IMG/VR virus record: IMGVR_UViG_2534682060_000017
Coordinates: 1 to 40,668 of that record
From: a virus
Lineage: Duplodnaviria > Heunggongvirae > Uroviricota > Caudoviricetes
Length of the DNA stretch: 40,668 nt
Direction: 5' to 3' (one strand)
Part shown: positions 8,703-16,878 of the stretch, in pieces
Layout of the letters: each line of letters starts with the position of its first letter
Numbering within the stretch: position 1 is the first letter of the stretch
Notes under the pieces: generated by a model
Databases searched by the model: none
What the model was told of the DNA's origin: nothing
Seen by the model: only the letters and a program-made list of their open reading frames with translations
Made by a program: the position numbers and the translations under genes

Positions 8703-9497
8703 ATGGAAACGTTGATTGATACGTTAAAAGCGATGCAAAAGGTGACGTGCACCGAGCTTGCTGCCAGTTTGGGCATTGAACCTGCAGAGGCGATTAAAAT
8801 GCTGAGGGAGTACGAAGAGCTGGGAGAAGTTGTGTCGGTTAATGGTTACTGGTCTGTTTCAGAACGACAAACGGGCGTGAAAGAAAAAAAAGTAACGGTG
8901 TGTAAAGTGGAAAGAAAATCCCATCCGGTGGTCAGTAGAAAAGAGCGTGAGCCACTGAAACGCTGCGAAATCCTGTCCACACTTGCTCATAGTGGGGCAA
9001 TGACCACCGCTGAGATTGCAATTGCTGTGGGGCGTGCTGATTGCGTCAGGTCGCTGGTTTCTGCGATGGAAAAGCTTTGCCGCGATGGCATGGCGATTAA
9101 GCTGGGACAGGGGAAGGGGTGTAAGTGGATGCTGGTAAAAGAAACCGGGGAAAATTTACCAGCAGAGCCGAAAGTTGTATCGGTAGCGAAAACACCTGGT
9201 AAAGCCTTTTCTCAGTCAGCCGGTGTTGCGTTACCAGTACAGGAAGCGGCAACACAGGAAGAAATTAAAACAGATACTGTGGGGGACATTGTGCAGTCGT
9301 TGCCATCGTTCACCGAAACGCGAGCGAATGGCCTGATTTTACCATCGCTGCATATGGCAAACCGCGAACTGCGCCGGGCGAAAAGTCATGTCCAGAAGTG
9401 GGAGCGAGTCTGCGCCGCGCTGCGGGAGCTGAACAAGCACCGGGATATTGTCCGACAGATTGTTGATTCCTTCAGTCGTATTGTGTCGGAAAAGTGA
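8703..9497 (+). CDS. Hypothetical protein with tandem winged-helix-like regions (not DnaC-like)
   Basis: ATG 8703 with GGGAG RBS; no Walker A motif seen, so not a DnaC-type helicase loader. Confidence 0.5.
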   Translation: METLIDTLKAMQKVTCTELAASLGIEPAEAIKMLREYEELGEVVSVNGYWSVSERQTGVKEKKVTVCKVERKSHPVVSRKEREPLKRCEILSTLAHSGAMTTAEIAIAVGRADCVRSLVSAMEKLCRDGMAIKLGQGKGCKWMLVKETGENLPAEPKVVSVAKTPGKAFSQSAGVALPVQEAATQEEIKTDTVGDIVQSLPSFTETRANGLILPSLHMANRELRRAKSHVQKWERVCAALRELNKHRDIVRQIVDSFSRIVSEK

Positions 9498-9513
9498 TTC
9501 CAGGGGAGGGCTT

Positions 9514-9936
9514 ATGGCAAAAGTATTTACACAGGAAGAGCGGGAAAAAATTAAAGGGCAGATTGTTGATCTCGTACGCCAGAGCGAGCGAGAGACGTTA
9601 CGACAACTGGAAGCTAAAACTGGGGCAACAAGATATCTGATGAGCGTTCTGGCCAGAGAGCTGGTTGCCAGTGGCGATGTATACAACTCTGGTTACGGGT
9701 TATTCCCGTCTGAACAGGCGCGTAAGGACTGGCAAAATGCCCGTAAAAAGCTCTCAAGGGCAAAGCTGAAGAAACCATCTGCGGTTGATCCGGACCTTAT
9801 CTGGTCATTACCTGATGGAGAAATACGTCGCTACGACAGGCATCATAATATAATTTGTAGTGAGTGCCGTAAAAGCGAAGTTATGCAGCGCATATTGTCG
9901 TTTTATCAGGGGGATTCTCAGTATTTATTGAAGTGA
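9514..9936 (+). CDS. Hypothetical protein with C-terminal His/Cys cluster
   Basis: ATG 9514 with AGGGGAGGG RBS; 141 aa; C-terminal HHNIICSEC motif suggests a metal-binding site. Confidence 0.5.
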   Translation: MAKVFTQEEREKIKGQIVDLVRQSERETLRQLEAKTGATRYLMSVLARELVASGDVYNSGYGLFPSEQARKDWQNARKKLSRAKLKKPSAVDPDLIWSLPDGEIRRYDRHHNIICSECRKSEVMQRILSFYQGDSQYLLK

Positions 9937-10376
9937 AGAGACTAAAGAGCATTAATACATATGTGAATTGAAATTTTCATGGTACAGGGGAGAGCTAGCG
10001 TGGTTGTCCGCTTTGTGCTAGAGGTGGATATTGAGGGGGATCAGAGGATATTTAAAATGGATGGTCCGTTTTACAGATGTACTTACATAATCACTGCCTA
10101 GTTGCTTCCTTTATGCCACGCTTTTATGCCCCAAAGATAGGTGTTGATGATAGCGGTAGTCGGTTCGGTGTAATACAACTGCTCGGTTACCGTAATCACT
10201 AATGGTGCCTGAGATTGCTTCTACGTAAGGGGGTAAGGAGTTGGCTCTGAGCATGTCAGCAACGAGGCCATAGTCTGCTGACTTCGGGGGGGGCATTCAG
10301 GAGCAGAATGAACAGATGGGGCGGGATTGGCTAATAATATTACCCATGGCGAATGTTAGCGACATGATCATATTCA

Positions 10377-10412
10377 GGTCATCAGCGGTCATCAGCGGTC
10401 ATCCGTGTCATC
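10377..10412. repeat. Tandem direct repeats of a 10-bp unit (GGTCATCAGC x2, then GGTCATCCGT, GTCATC)
   Basis: Read directly in the sequence about 240 bp upstream of the 834-aa gene; possible iteron-like protein-binding site. Confidence 0.6.
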
Positions 10413-10654
10413 TAGGGCTCTATCCTGACAGAAAACTATCCGGCACACTGCGTGAAAAATCAGAGTAAATGATACCTTCAGAGCATACAGGAGAAAGTCG
10501 ACGCTTTTCAAACGTGTGCCTTAAGAATTAGAGGATAATATAACAAAAATGAAATTTAGGATAACATCAGACTTGACATAGCTAGGTTATTGTAACTAAA
10601 TGCGGTAAAACTAATCAGAAAAATTTTCGTTATTTTTTATAGAGAGAATAATCT

Positions 10655-13159
10655 ATGGAGAAAACATTTATTTCGGAAATATTATCAGCTTATCATCATT
10701 TACAATTAGAAAATGCAAATGAAGCAGCCACAAGACTAAAAGTGATAGATCGGGTATTAAAGGAAGTCTTGATGTGGACTGATAGTGATATAAAACCAGA
10801 AGAGCATGTGACTGAAGATGGTTTGACAACTTATGCTGATTATATACTAAAAACAGCTAATATTGCTCTTGTTGTTGAAGCTAAAAAGGCAGGGCCAAGC
10901 TTTAGTACAATTCCAGGAAAAAGAAAAATAAAGCTAAGTAATAGTTTTTTACAAAGTGATCTTGGTGAAGCGATAATACAAGCTAGAGATTACGCCAGGA
11001 AATTTGGTATAGATTATGCTGTCGCTACGAATGGAAATGTATGGGCATGTTTTGCAGCTCAGAGGCATGACAATGTCAAATTTAATGATTCAATAGCGCT
11101 TGTGTTCTGGTCGTTAGAAGATTGCTTAAATGATAATTATCAAGAATTCTATGATTTACTTAGTCGTGAAAATGTTATATCAGGAAGTCTAGAAACAGCA
11201 CTTTTAGGTCGCGTCGAAAATCAAATAGAATTTAGAAAATTAAGAAATTTTTATTCGCAACAAAACAGAACACAGACAAATAATCCAATATATCATTTGA
11301 TTGCTGATGAATTAAGGTTGGCTTTTTCTGATTCTATACTTTACTTGGATGAAGACTCCTTTGATAAATGTTATGTTTCAACACCAGAAACTATGAGATT
11401 CGATAGTAAAATTAGAATGAATATAGGTAGGCGTTCAAGTGTGCTGAATGGTGAAGTACTAAAAGGGCTTAATGATAAAGATACAAAAAGAATAGTTGAT
11501 AAGTTTCAGGTTAAAGGGAAGAAAAAAATAAAAGTCAGGAATGACAAACCTCTCGCGATCTTGTTACTTGGGACTGTAGGTGCAGGTAAAACAACATTTC
11601 TTCATTACATGAGAAAGGTTAGAATAAAAGAGTTTTTTTCAAATCAATGTGATATCTTGACGCCGCATTGGGTTCATATAGACTTTCTAGATAATCCATC
11701 AGAAAGTTCAATAGTCGATTTTATTTATAAATCAATTCTGGAATATATCAATAAGCATCCTGTTTTGAGTAATAAGGATTTTGTATTTGATGCATTTCGA
11801 GAAGATATTGAGGCGATAAAATCAGGACCTCTTTTTTTATTGAGTGAGGATCAAAAAAATACCAGAATCTCGGATTTTTTATATGAACAATATAAAAAGA
11901 TAAAACCTTATGTTGATAAAATAATAAGTCGCGTTACAAAAGAGACATCTTTTTTTCTTGTTATTGATAACGTTGATCAGATCGAGTTTGATGATATCCA
12001 GTCCCGGATATTTACCGAGTCATTTTCAATTTCCAGAGCGCTTTCATTAAATTTAGTACTTTCATTGAGGCAGTCTACATTTATCAAACATAAAAACTCA
12101 CCTGCTATAGATGCTTTCGATTTTGAAGTTATACAAATAGATCCACCGAGAATAAGTAGTGTGATTGCAAAACGCTTTGCACTAGTAAAGTATATGACAA
12201 GTAATAAAAGTGGAAATTTTATTGCAGAAAATGGCGCTAAAGTTGTATTGGATGATATATCACAATTAGTCGATATTATTAGTGGGTCTGTGCTGGGAAG
12301 TGAGATTGGAACACGTATTGAAGTTCTTGCTACGGATGATGTTCGATTAGCATTACGTATGACTCGTGAGTTCTTAGAAAGAGGGTATACGAGTCCAGGT
12401 AAAGCAGTACAAATTTTCAGAGAACAAGGAAGATATCTTCTTCCACGTCATGAGGCATTTAGAGCTATATTACTGGGTACTGAGTTGACTTATAGCGAGT
12501 CAACGTCGACTATTGCGAACCCGTTTGATTCGAATTTAGCTGTGACACAAATGCAATTATTGAGGCTGTACATTCTTAATGTTATCGTTTCGTATGCAAG
12601 CGATCCCGGATTCAGACAAATCGATGGTTCGGTAATAACTGAAAAGTTAAGGTTAATTGGTATAGGTGACTCTTTCACGCATCGAGTTCTCGTTGATTTA
12701 TGCAATAAAAGGTTTTTGTTCACCGTAAATCACGGAGATCCAACAGCTTCATCAAGTTTCATTCCTTCTCGGCTGGGGGGGTATATTGCAAAAGAACTTA
12801 TTAGTAATTTCACGTTTATAGAGTGTATGCTTTATGATACATATATTGCTGATGCTAAGGTATGGAGTAGATTAAGAGATCTGAGTGCTAGAATTGAGTC
12901 TGAAAGAGATGTAATAAAAAGGATCACAATGCGTGTAAGTCGAGCAAAAACTTTCTATTATCAAATGGAAAAACTTATTTCACCGCTTTGTTCCGAAGCT
13001 ATTATAAGAGGGTTGCCTTCACAATGGTGTTCTAACCCTCTTCAGGAGCGTTTACCTGAGTTAAGAAAAGAACTAAGAAGAGTTCTTAATTCTGCAAAAA
13101 AAACATATCAACCGAAACAGGATGATTCGTCTAAGTATTTCCTTGATGAAACGGTTTAA
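10655..13159 (+). CDS. Candidate anti-phage defence protein: N-terminal HsdR-N/Mrr-like PD-(D/E)xK nuclease domain fused to P-loop NTPase (Walker A GTVGAGKTT, Walker B FFLVIDNVD) and C-terminal helical domain
   Basis: 834-aa ORF, markedly AT-rich versus flanking phage genes; N-terminus ATRLKVIDRVL..LMW ... ADYIL ... VVEAKK fits the HsdR-N/Mrr D...ExK pattern; Walker A at aa 306-314, hhhhDN Walker B at about aa 433-439; flanked by AT-rich non-coding DNA. Confidence 0.85.
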   Translation: MEKTFISEILSAYHHLQLENANEAATRLKVIDRVLKEVLMWTDSDIKPEEHVTEDGLTTYADYILKTANIALVVEAKKAGPSFSTIPGKRKIKLSNSFLQSDLGEAIIQARDYARKFGIDYAVATNGNVWACFAAQRHDNVKFNDSIALVFWSLEDCLNDNYQEFYDLLSRENVISGSLETALLGRVENQIEFRKLRNFYSQQNRTQTNNPIYHLIADELRLAFSDSILYLDEDSFDKCYVSTPETMRFDSKIRMNIGRRSSVLNGEVLKGLNDKDTKRIVDKFQVKGKKKIKVRNDKPLAILLLGTVGAGKTTFLHYMRKVRIKEFFSNQCDILTPHWVHIDFLDNPSESSIVDFIYKSILEYINKHPVLSNKDFVFDAFREDIEAIKSGPLFLLSEDQKNTRISDFLYEQYKKIKPYVDKIISRVTKETSFFLVIDNVDQIEFDDIQSRIFTESFSISRALSLNLVLSLRQSTFIKHKNSPAIDAFDFEVIQIDPPRISSVIAKRFALVKYMTSNKSGNFIAENGAKVVLDDISQLVDIISGSVLGSEIGTRIEVLATDDVRLALRMTREFLERGYTSPGKAVQIFREQGRYLLPRHEAFRAILLGTELTYSESTSTIANPFDSNLAVTQMQLLRLYILNVIVSYASDPGFRQIDGSVITEKLRLIGIGDSFTHRVLVDLCNKRFLFTVNHGDPTASSSFIPSRLGGYIAKELISNFTFIECMLYDTYIADAKVWSRLRDLSARIESERDVIKRITMRVSRAKTFYYQMEKLISPLCSEAIIRGLPSQWCSNPLQERLPELRKELRRVLNSAKKTYQPKQDDSSKYFLDETV

Positions 13160-13162
13160 AAG

Positions 13163-13192
13163 ATGGGGCTAGTATGCCCCATGCTATTATCT
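13163..13192 (+). terminator. Hairpin immediately after the 834-aa gene stop
   Basis: ATGGGGC / GCCCCAT 7-bp stem with 6-nt loop followed by a U-rich stretch. Confidence 0.4.
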
Positions 13193-13879
13193 TACTAAAA
13201 TAAATTTGGAAGTGCTGTTACAATAGATAGAGGCTCATTGTCGAGTCTCTGTTTTAATTAGTTGGTTATTTTATGTTTATTTATTTCGATATCAGATAAA
13301 AAATCAATAAAGACAGCTTTGTTGCTAGTATTTAATTCTGTAGTAATATACGGATAGTTGTTTTCTGATATACCACATATCTTTAATTGTTGGTTTTTGT
13401 CTTAGTTGATTTAAATTCAATCAACCACTCCAGCAACCTAAATATTCCTCCAGTTCCAAACAATGAATATATGATCAGGAGCATAGCACTGCTCTTCATT
13501 AAAAATTTACACTTAGTTTTGAGAAAACTGCTTACGTTATCTTAACTCTGAATTTGTACATCTTAAGAAGTGCTAGTTATATTTAGTTGTTGTGTTCCAT
13601 GTTTTACAGAAAAATCAGAGAAACTGTACTCAATAGTTGCATTTCATCACTGATGAGACCGCCTTGTATTTATCAGGACTGGTGTACGTCCGATACAGAA
13701 AGTTGTCGTGCTGGTCCTCAAATGTGCGCTGGCTATTGCGGGTAATGGCAATTTATTGTCTTGCTATTGTCCTTATGGATCGCCTTTCTGATTGATTTTA
13801 TATTGGCGAGGTAACGGGAGTTAAGTACAATGGCTGCGGGTGCTTGAGGCTATCTGTCTCAGGCATGAACACCAAAGGC

Positions 13880-13960
13880 AGATAGAGAAAAGCCCCAGTT
13901 AACATTACGCGTCCTGCAAGACGCTTAACATTAATCTGAGGCTCAATCTATGAACGGCAA
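13880..13960 (-). ncRNA. Predicted Sok-like antisense RNA region (approximate)
   Basis: Inference from hok/sok architecture: antisense RNA normally overlaps the hok leader/upstream ORF start; possible minus-strand promoter TTGCCT-17-TAACCT near 13955-13985; boundaries uncertain. Confidence 0.25.
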
Positions 13961-14006
13961 ATCTAGGTTAGCCTCTTACGTGCCGAAAGGCAAGGAGAAG
14001 CAGGCT

Positions 14007-14162
14007 ATGAAGCAGCAAAAGGCGATGTTAATCGCCCTGATCGTCATCTGTTTAACCGTCATTGTGACGGCACTGGTAACGAGGAAAGACCTCTGCGAGG
14101 TACGAATCCGAACCGGCCAGACGGAGGTCGCTGTCTTCACAGCTTACGAACCTGAGGAGTAA
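14007..14162 (+). CDS. hok: Hok/Gef family type I toxin
   Basis: Product MKQQKAMLIALIVICLTVIVTALVTRKDLCEVRIRTGQTEVAVFTAYEPEE closely resembles Hok/Gef; in-frame upstream ATG at 13950 gives a mok-like extension; mRNA leader resembles the R1 hok leader. Confidence 0.8.
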   Translation: MKQQKAMLIALIVICLTVIVTALVTRKDLCEVRIRTGQTEVAVFTAYEPEE

Positions 14163-14230
14163 GAGACCTGGCGGGGGAGAAATCCCTCGCCACCTCTGAT
14201 GTGTCAGGCATCCTCAACGCACCCGCACTT

Positions 14231-14251
14231 AACCCGCTTCGGCGGGTTTTT
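14231..14251 (+). terminator. Rho-independent terminator (AACCCGC-TTCG-GCGGGTT + T-run)
   Basis: GC stem, tetraloop, 5 T; also serves as hok mRNA 3' end. Confidence 0.6.
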
Positions 14252-14377
14252 CGTCGCATTATGAGGTTGTAATTTTAGCTACCATTAGACTATCCTAAGG
14301 ATCTCAAACAGATCTATTTTGCATCAAATTTGGTGCATGGCTTTGCCAATAATCGGAAAACAAAAGGACTCATTAGT

Positions 14378-14557
14378 ATGAGCTGCCCACTCAAAAAACA
14401 CACGCGGTTGAGTATTCCGCCTCGCGATAAAAGCGTTGTGGCAGTCCCTCGCCCAGCGATTGATGAAAACTGCGCACATCGTGAACAAGTGAAAAATGCT
14501 TTTGATTTCGGTTTTTCTCGTTATGAGAAAGCCATGGAAGAACTTTCAAAAGTGTAA
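14378..14557 (+). CDS. Putative antitoxin-like small protein upstream of Doc-family toxin
   Basis: 59-aa ORF from ATG 14378 with AAGGA RBS; stop 18 nt before the Doc-like start; identity by position only. Confidence 0.4.
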   Translation: MSCPLKKHTRLSIPPRDKSVVAVPRPAIDENCAHREQVKNAFDFGFSRYEKAMEELSKV

Positions 14558-14575
14558 TGATGGGTATTGTGCTCT

Positions 14576-15061
14576 ATGGCTGAGATTGTTGAAGGAGTGC
14601 ATTACCTTACGGTTGATGATCTTGTTGAAATCAATCGTTCCCTAATTGAATTACAGACGCCAGATGAGCCCGTTGGTGTTCTGAGTCCAGATAACTTAAG
14701 TTCTTCTCAGGCCCGTCCCAGCATGGTTCGATGGTATGAACAGACTAATGACATGTTTGTACTGGCATCGGTATTGATTGAAAGTCTGATTCAGAATCAT
14801 CCGTTTGCTAATGCGAACAAACGAACAGCTATGATGGCTGGTTACGTCTTCTTGTTGTTGAATGGCTATGAGTTAACAGCACCAGGCGATGAAATCGTGG
14901 AAATGGCAGAGGGACTGGCCTGCAAAACCTATACTCGAGAAGATCTCGAGAACTGGTTGTGTTATTGGTCTCGCGCGTATGACAGCCGGGAATTATGTAA
15001 AACAGGCGCAACTATTGTTTTGTATGAAACTATCAAGCTTAGAATAGAACAGCAAAACTAA
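14576..15061 (+). CDS. doc: Fic/Doc family toxin (death-on-curing-like)
   Basis: Contains the Fic/Doc signature HPFANANKR (HxFx(D/N)(A/G)NKR) followed by MMAGYVFLLLNGYEL. Confidence 0.75.
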   Translation: MAEIVEGVHYLTVDDLVEINRSLIELQTPDEPVGVLSPDNLSSSQARPSMVRWYEQTNDMFVLASVLIESLIQNHPFANANKRTAMMAGYVFLLLNGYELTAPGDEIVEMAEGLACKTYTREDLENWLCYWSRAYDSRELCKTGATIVLYETIKLRIEQQN

Positions 15062-15077
15062 AGGCGCTTCCAATGAA

Positions 15078-15106
15078 AACCCGCTTCGGCGGGTTTTGTT
15101 TTTTCC
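15078..15106 (+). terminator. Rho-independent terminator, second copy of AACCCGCTTCGGCGGGTTTT
   Basis: Identical 20-nt hairpin to that at 14231-14251, followed by GTTTTTT. Confidence 0.6.
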
Positions 15107-15176
15107 GGGCATTCTGGTTTACAATCTGCACGCCAGCCTGAACAACTGGCACCTGCTGCGCCAGCAGAGAAAACAG

Positions 15177-15455
15177 ATGGCGCACAAGACCAAATTACAC
15201 AATTCTGATAATTCAGCCGCTTTTGCCAGCAGGCACGGGCGGCGTTCTCATGTATTCAAATCTGACTGGTACCAGCATCCCCCATGCACTGAAGAACAGG
15301 CCGAATGGCTGATTCAGTGTTACGGCAGGCGCGGATACGAGGTTAAGAAAGCCCTCAGCCTCGATTATCGTCACTGGATAATCTCTGTCAGGCTCCCTTA
15401 TTCCGAACGTCCACCGCGTCCATCCCGCACATACCAGCAACGTATCTGGAGGTAA
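15177..15455 (+). CDS. Hypothetical nin-region protein
   Basis: ORF from ATG 15177; basic product; weak RBS. Confidence 0.4.
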   Translation: MAHKTKLHNSDNSAAFASRHGRRSHVFKSDWYQHPPCTEEQAEWLIQCYGRRGYEVKKALSLDYRHWIISVRLPYSERPPRPSRTYQQRIWR

Positions 15456-15456
15456 C

Positions 15457-16506
15457 GTGCGGGTATTACTTCGACCTGTTCTGGTACCGGAACTCGGGCT
15501 GGTGGTCCTTAATCCGGGCCGTGAATCCATGCCGGTATTTTACAATACCCGGGTGTTGGTGGAGCCGGAACCGAAAAACATGCGGGCGCTGCCATCAGGA
15601 GAGGTTCCCGCTGTTCGCCAGCCGCTGGCGCAAGACAAATCGTTACTGCCATTTTTCAGCGATGAGCGGGTGATCCGTGCTGTAGGTGGTGCAGGCGCAC
15701 TGTCTGACTGGCTATTACGTCACGTGAAATCCTGCCAGTGGCCACACGGCGATTATCATCACAGCGAAACCGTCATACATCGTTACGGTACTGGCGCGAT
15801 GGTGTTGTGCTGGCACTGCGACAACCAGCTGCGGGAGCAGACATCTGATTCACTGGAGCAACTTGCTCAGCAGAATCTGGCAGCCTGGATGATTGACGTC
15901 ATACGTCACGCAATGAATGGCACACAAGAGCGGGAATTATCGCTGGCTGAATTATCCTGGTGGGCGGTCTGCAATCAGGTGGCGGACGCGCTACCGGAGG
16001 CAGTATTACGTCGCTCTCTGGGATTACGTGCGGAAAAAATCCACTCGGTGTATCGCGAAAGTGACATCGTACCGGGAGAGCAGAGCGCCACCAGCATACT
16101 GAAGCAGCGCACAAAAAATCTTGCGCCGTTGCCTCATGTCCACCAGCAACAAATCCCGCCACAGGAAAAGACGGTGGTCAGCATTGCCGTTGATCCGGAG
16201 TCTCCTGAATCTTTCATGAGGCGACCTAAACGTCGCCGTTGGGTAAATGAGAAATATACGCGCTGGGTGAAGACACAGCCGTGTGCGTGTTGTGGTCAAC
16301 CAGCCGACGACCCCCATCACCTGATTGGTCACGGTCAGGGTGGAATGGGAACAAAGGCCCACGATATTTTTACGTTACCGTTGTGTCGTAAACATCATAA
16401 CGAGCTTCATGCAGATCCGTTGGCGTTCGAAGAAAAGCATGGTTCTCAGGTTGATTTAATTTTTCGTTTTCTTGATCACGCCTTTGCAACCGGCGTGCTT
16501 GGATAA
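15457..16506 (+). CDS. DUF968-family prophage protein with C-terminal HNH/zinc-finger-like motif
   Basis: 349-aa ORF with GTG start after GGAGG; C-terminus CACCGQPADDPHHLIGHG...CRKHHNELH resembles HNH-type motif; common in nin regions of lambdoid prophages. Confidence 0.7.
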   Translation: MRVLLRPVLVPELGLVVLNPGRESMPVFYNTRVLVEPEPKNMRALPSGEVPAVRQPLAQDKSLLPFFSDERVIRAVGGAGALSDWLLRHVKSCQWPHGDYHHSETVIHRYGTGAMVLCWHCDNQLREQTSDSLEQLAQQNLAAWMIDVIRHAMNGTQERELSLAELSWWAVCNQVADALPEAVLRRSLGLRAEKIHSVYRESDIVPGEQSATSILKQRTKNLAPLPHVHQQQIPPQEKTVVSIAVDPESPESFMRRPKRRRWVNEKYTRWVKTQPCACCGQPADDPHHLIGHGQGGMGTKAHDIFTLPLCRKHHNELHADPLAFEEKHGSQVDLIFRFLDHAFATGVLG

Positions 16507-16518
16507 AAGAGGTTACTG

Positions 16519-16878
16519 ATGGGGATAGAATTTGTTTTGCCTTACCCGCCGACGGTGAATACCTACTGGCGTCGTCGTGGCAGCACATATTTTGTATCAA
16601 AAGCAGGGGAGCGTTATCGCCGGGATGTGGCGCTTATTGTTCGCCAGCAGCGACTGAAATTAAATCTGTCCGGAAGGCTGGCAATAAAAATTATTGCAGA
16701 GCCGCCGGATAAGCGCCGTCGTGACCTGGACAATATTCTGAAAGCACCGCTGGATGCACTGATGCATGCGGGGCTTCTCATAGACGACGAGCAGTTTGAT
16801 GAAATCAATATTGTGCGCGGTCAGCTCGTTCCTGGTGGTCGGTTGGGGATAAAAATCACAGAACTGGAGTGCGCATGA
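16519..16878 (+). CDS. rusA: RusA Holliday junction resolvase
   Basis: 119-aa product with RusA hallmarks (PPTVNTYWRRRG... DKRRRDLDNILKAPLDAL ... GGRLGIKITE); AAGAGG RBS. Confidence 0.85.
   Translation: MGIEFVLPYPPTVNTYWRRRGSTYFVSKAGERYRRDVALIVRQQRLKLNLSGRLAIKIIAEPPDKRRRDLDNILKAPLDALMHAGLLIDDEQFDEINIVRGQLVPGGRLGIKITELECA

Noticed and set aside
10111-10296. 61-aa minus-strand ORF starting MPPPK over the G8 tract
   Set aside because: No RBS or promoter context; the proline codons are simply the complement of the G homopolymer; likely non-coding or a remnant.
10377-10412. Possible CRISPR array
   Set aside because: Repeat unit is only 10 bp with no spacers of unique sequence; no cas genes in the window; not a CRISPR.
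14330-14377. TTG-initiated N-terminal extension of the putative antitoxin ORF
   Set aside because: ATG at 14378 has a better AAGGA RBS; the extension would start at a rare TTG with no RBS.
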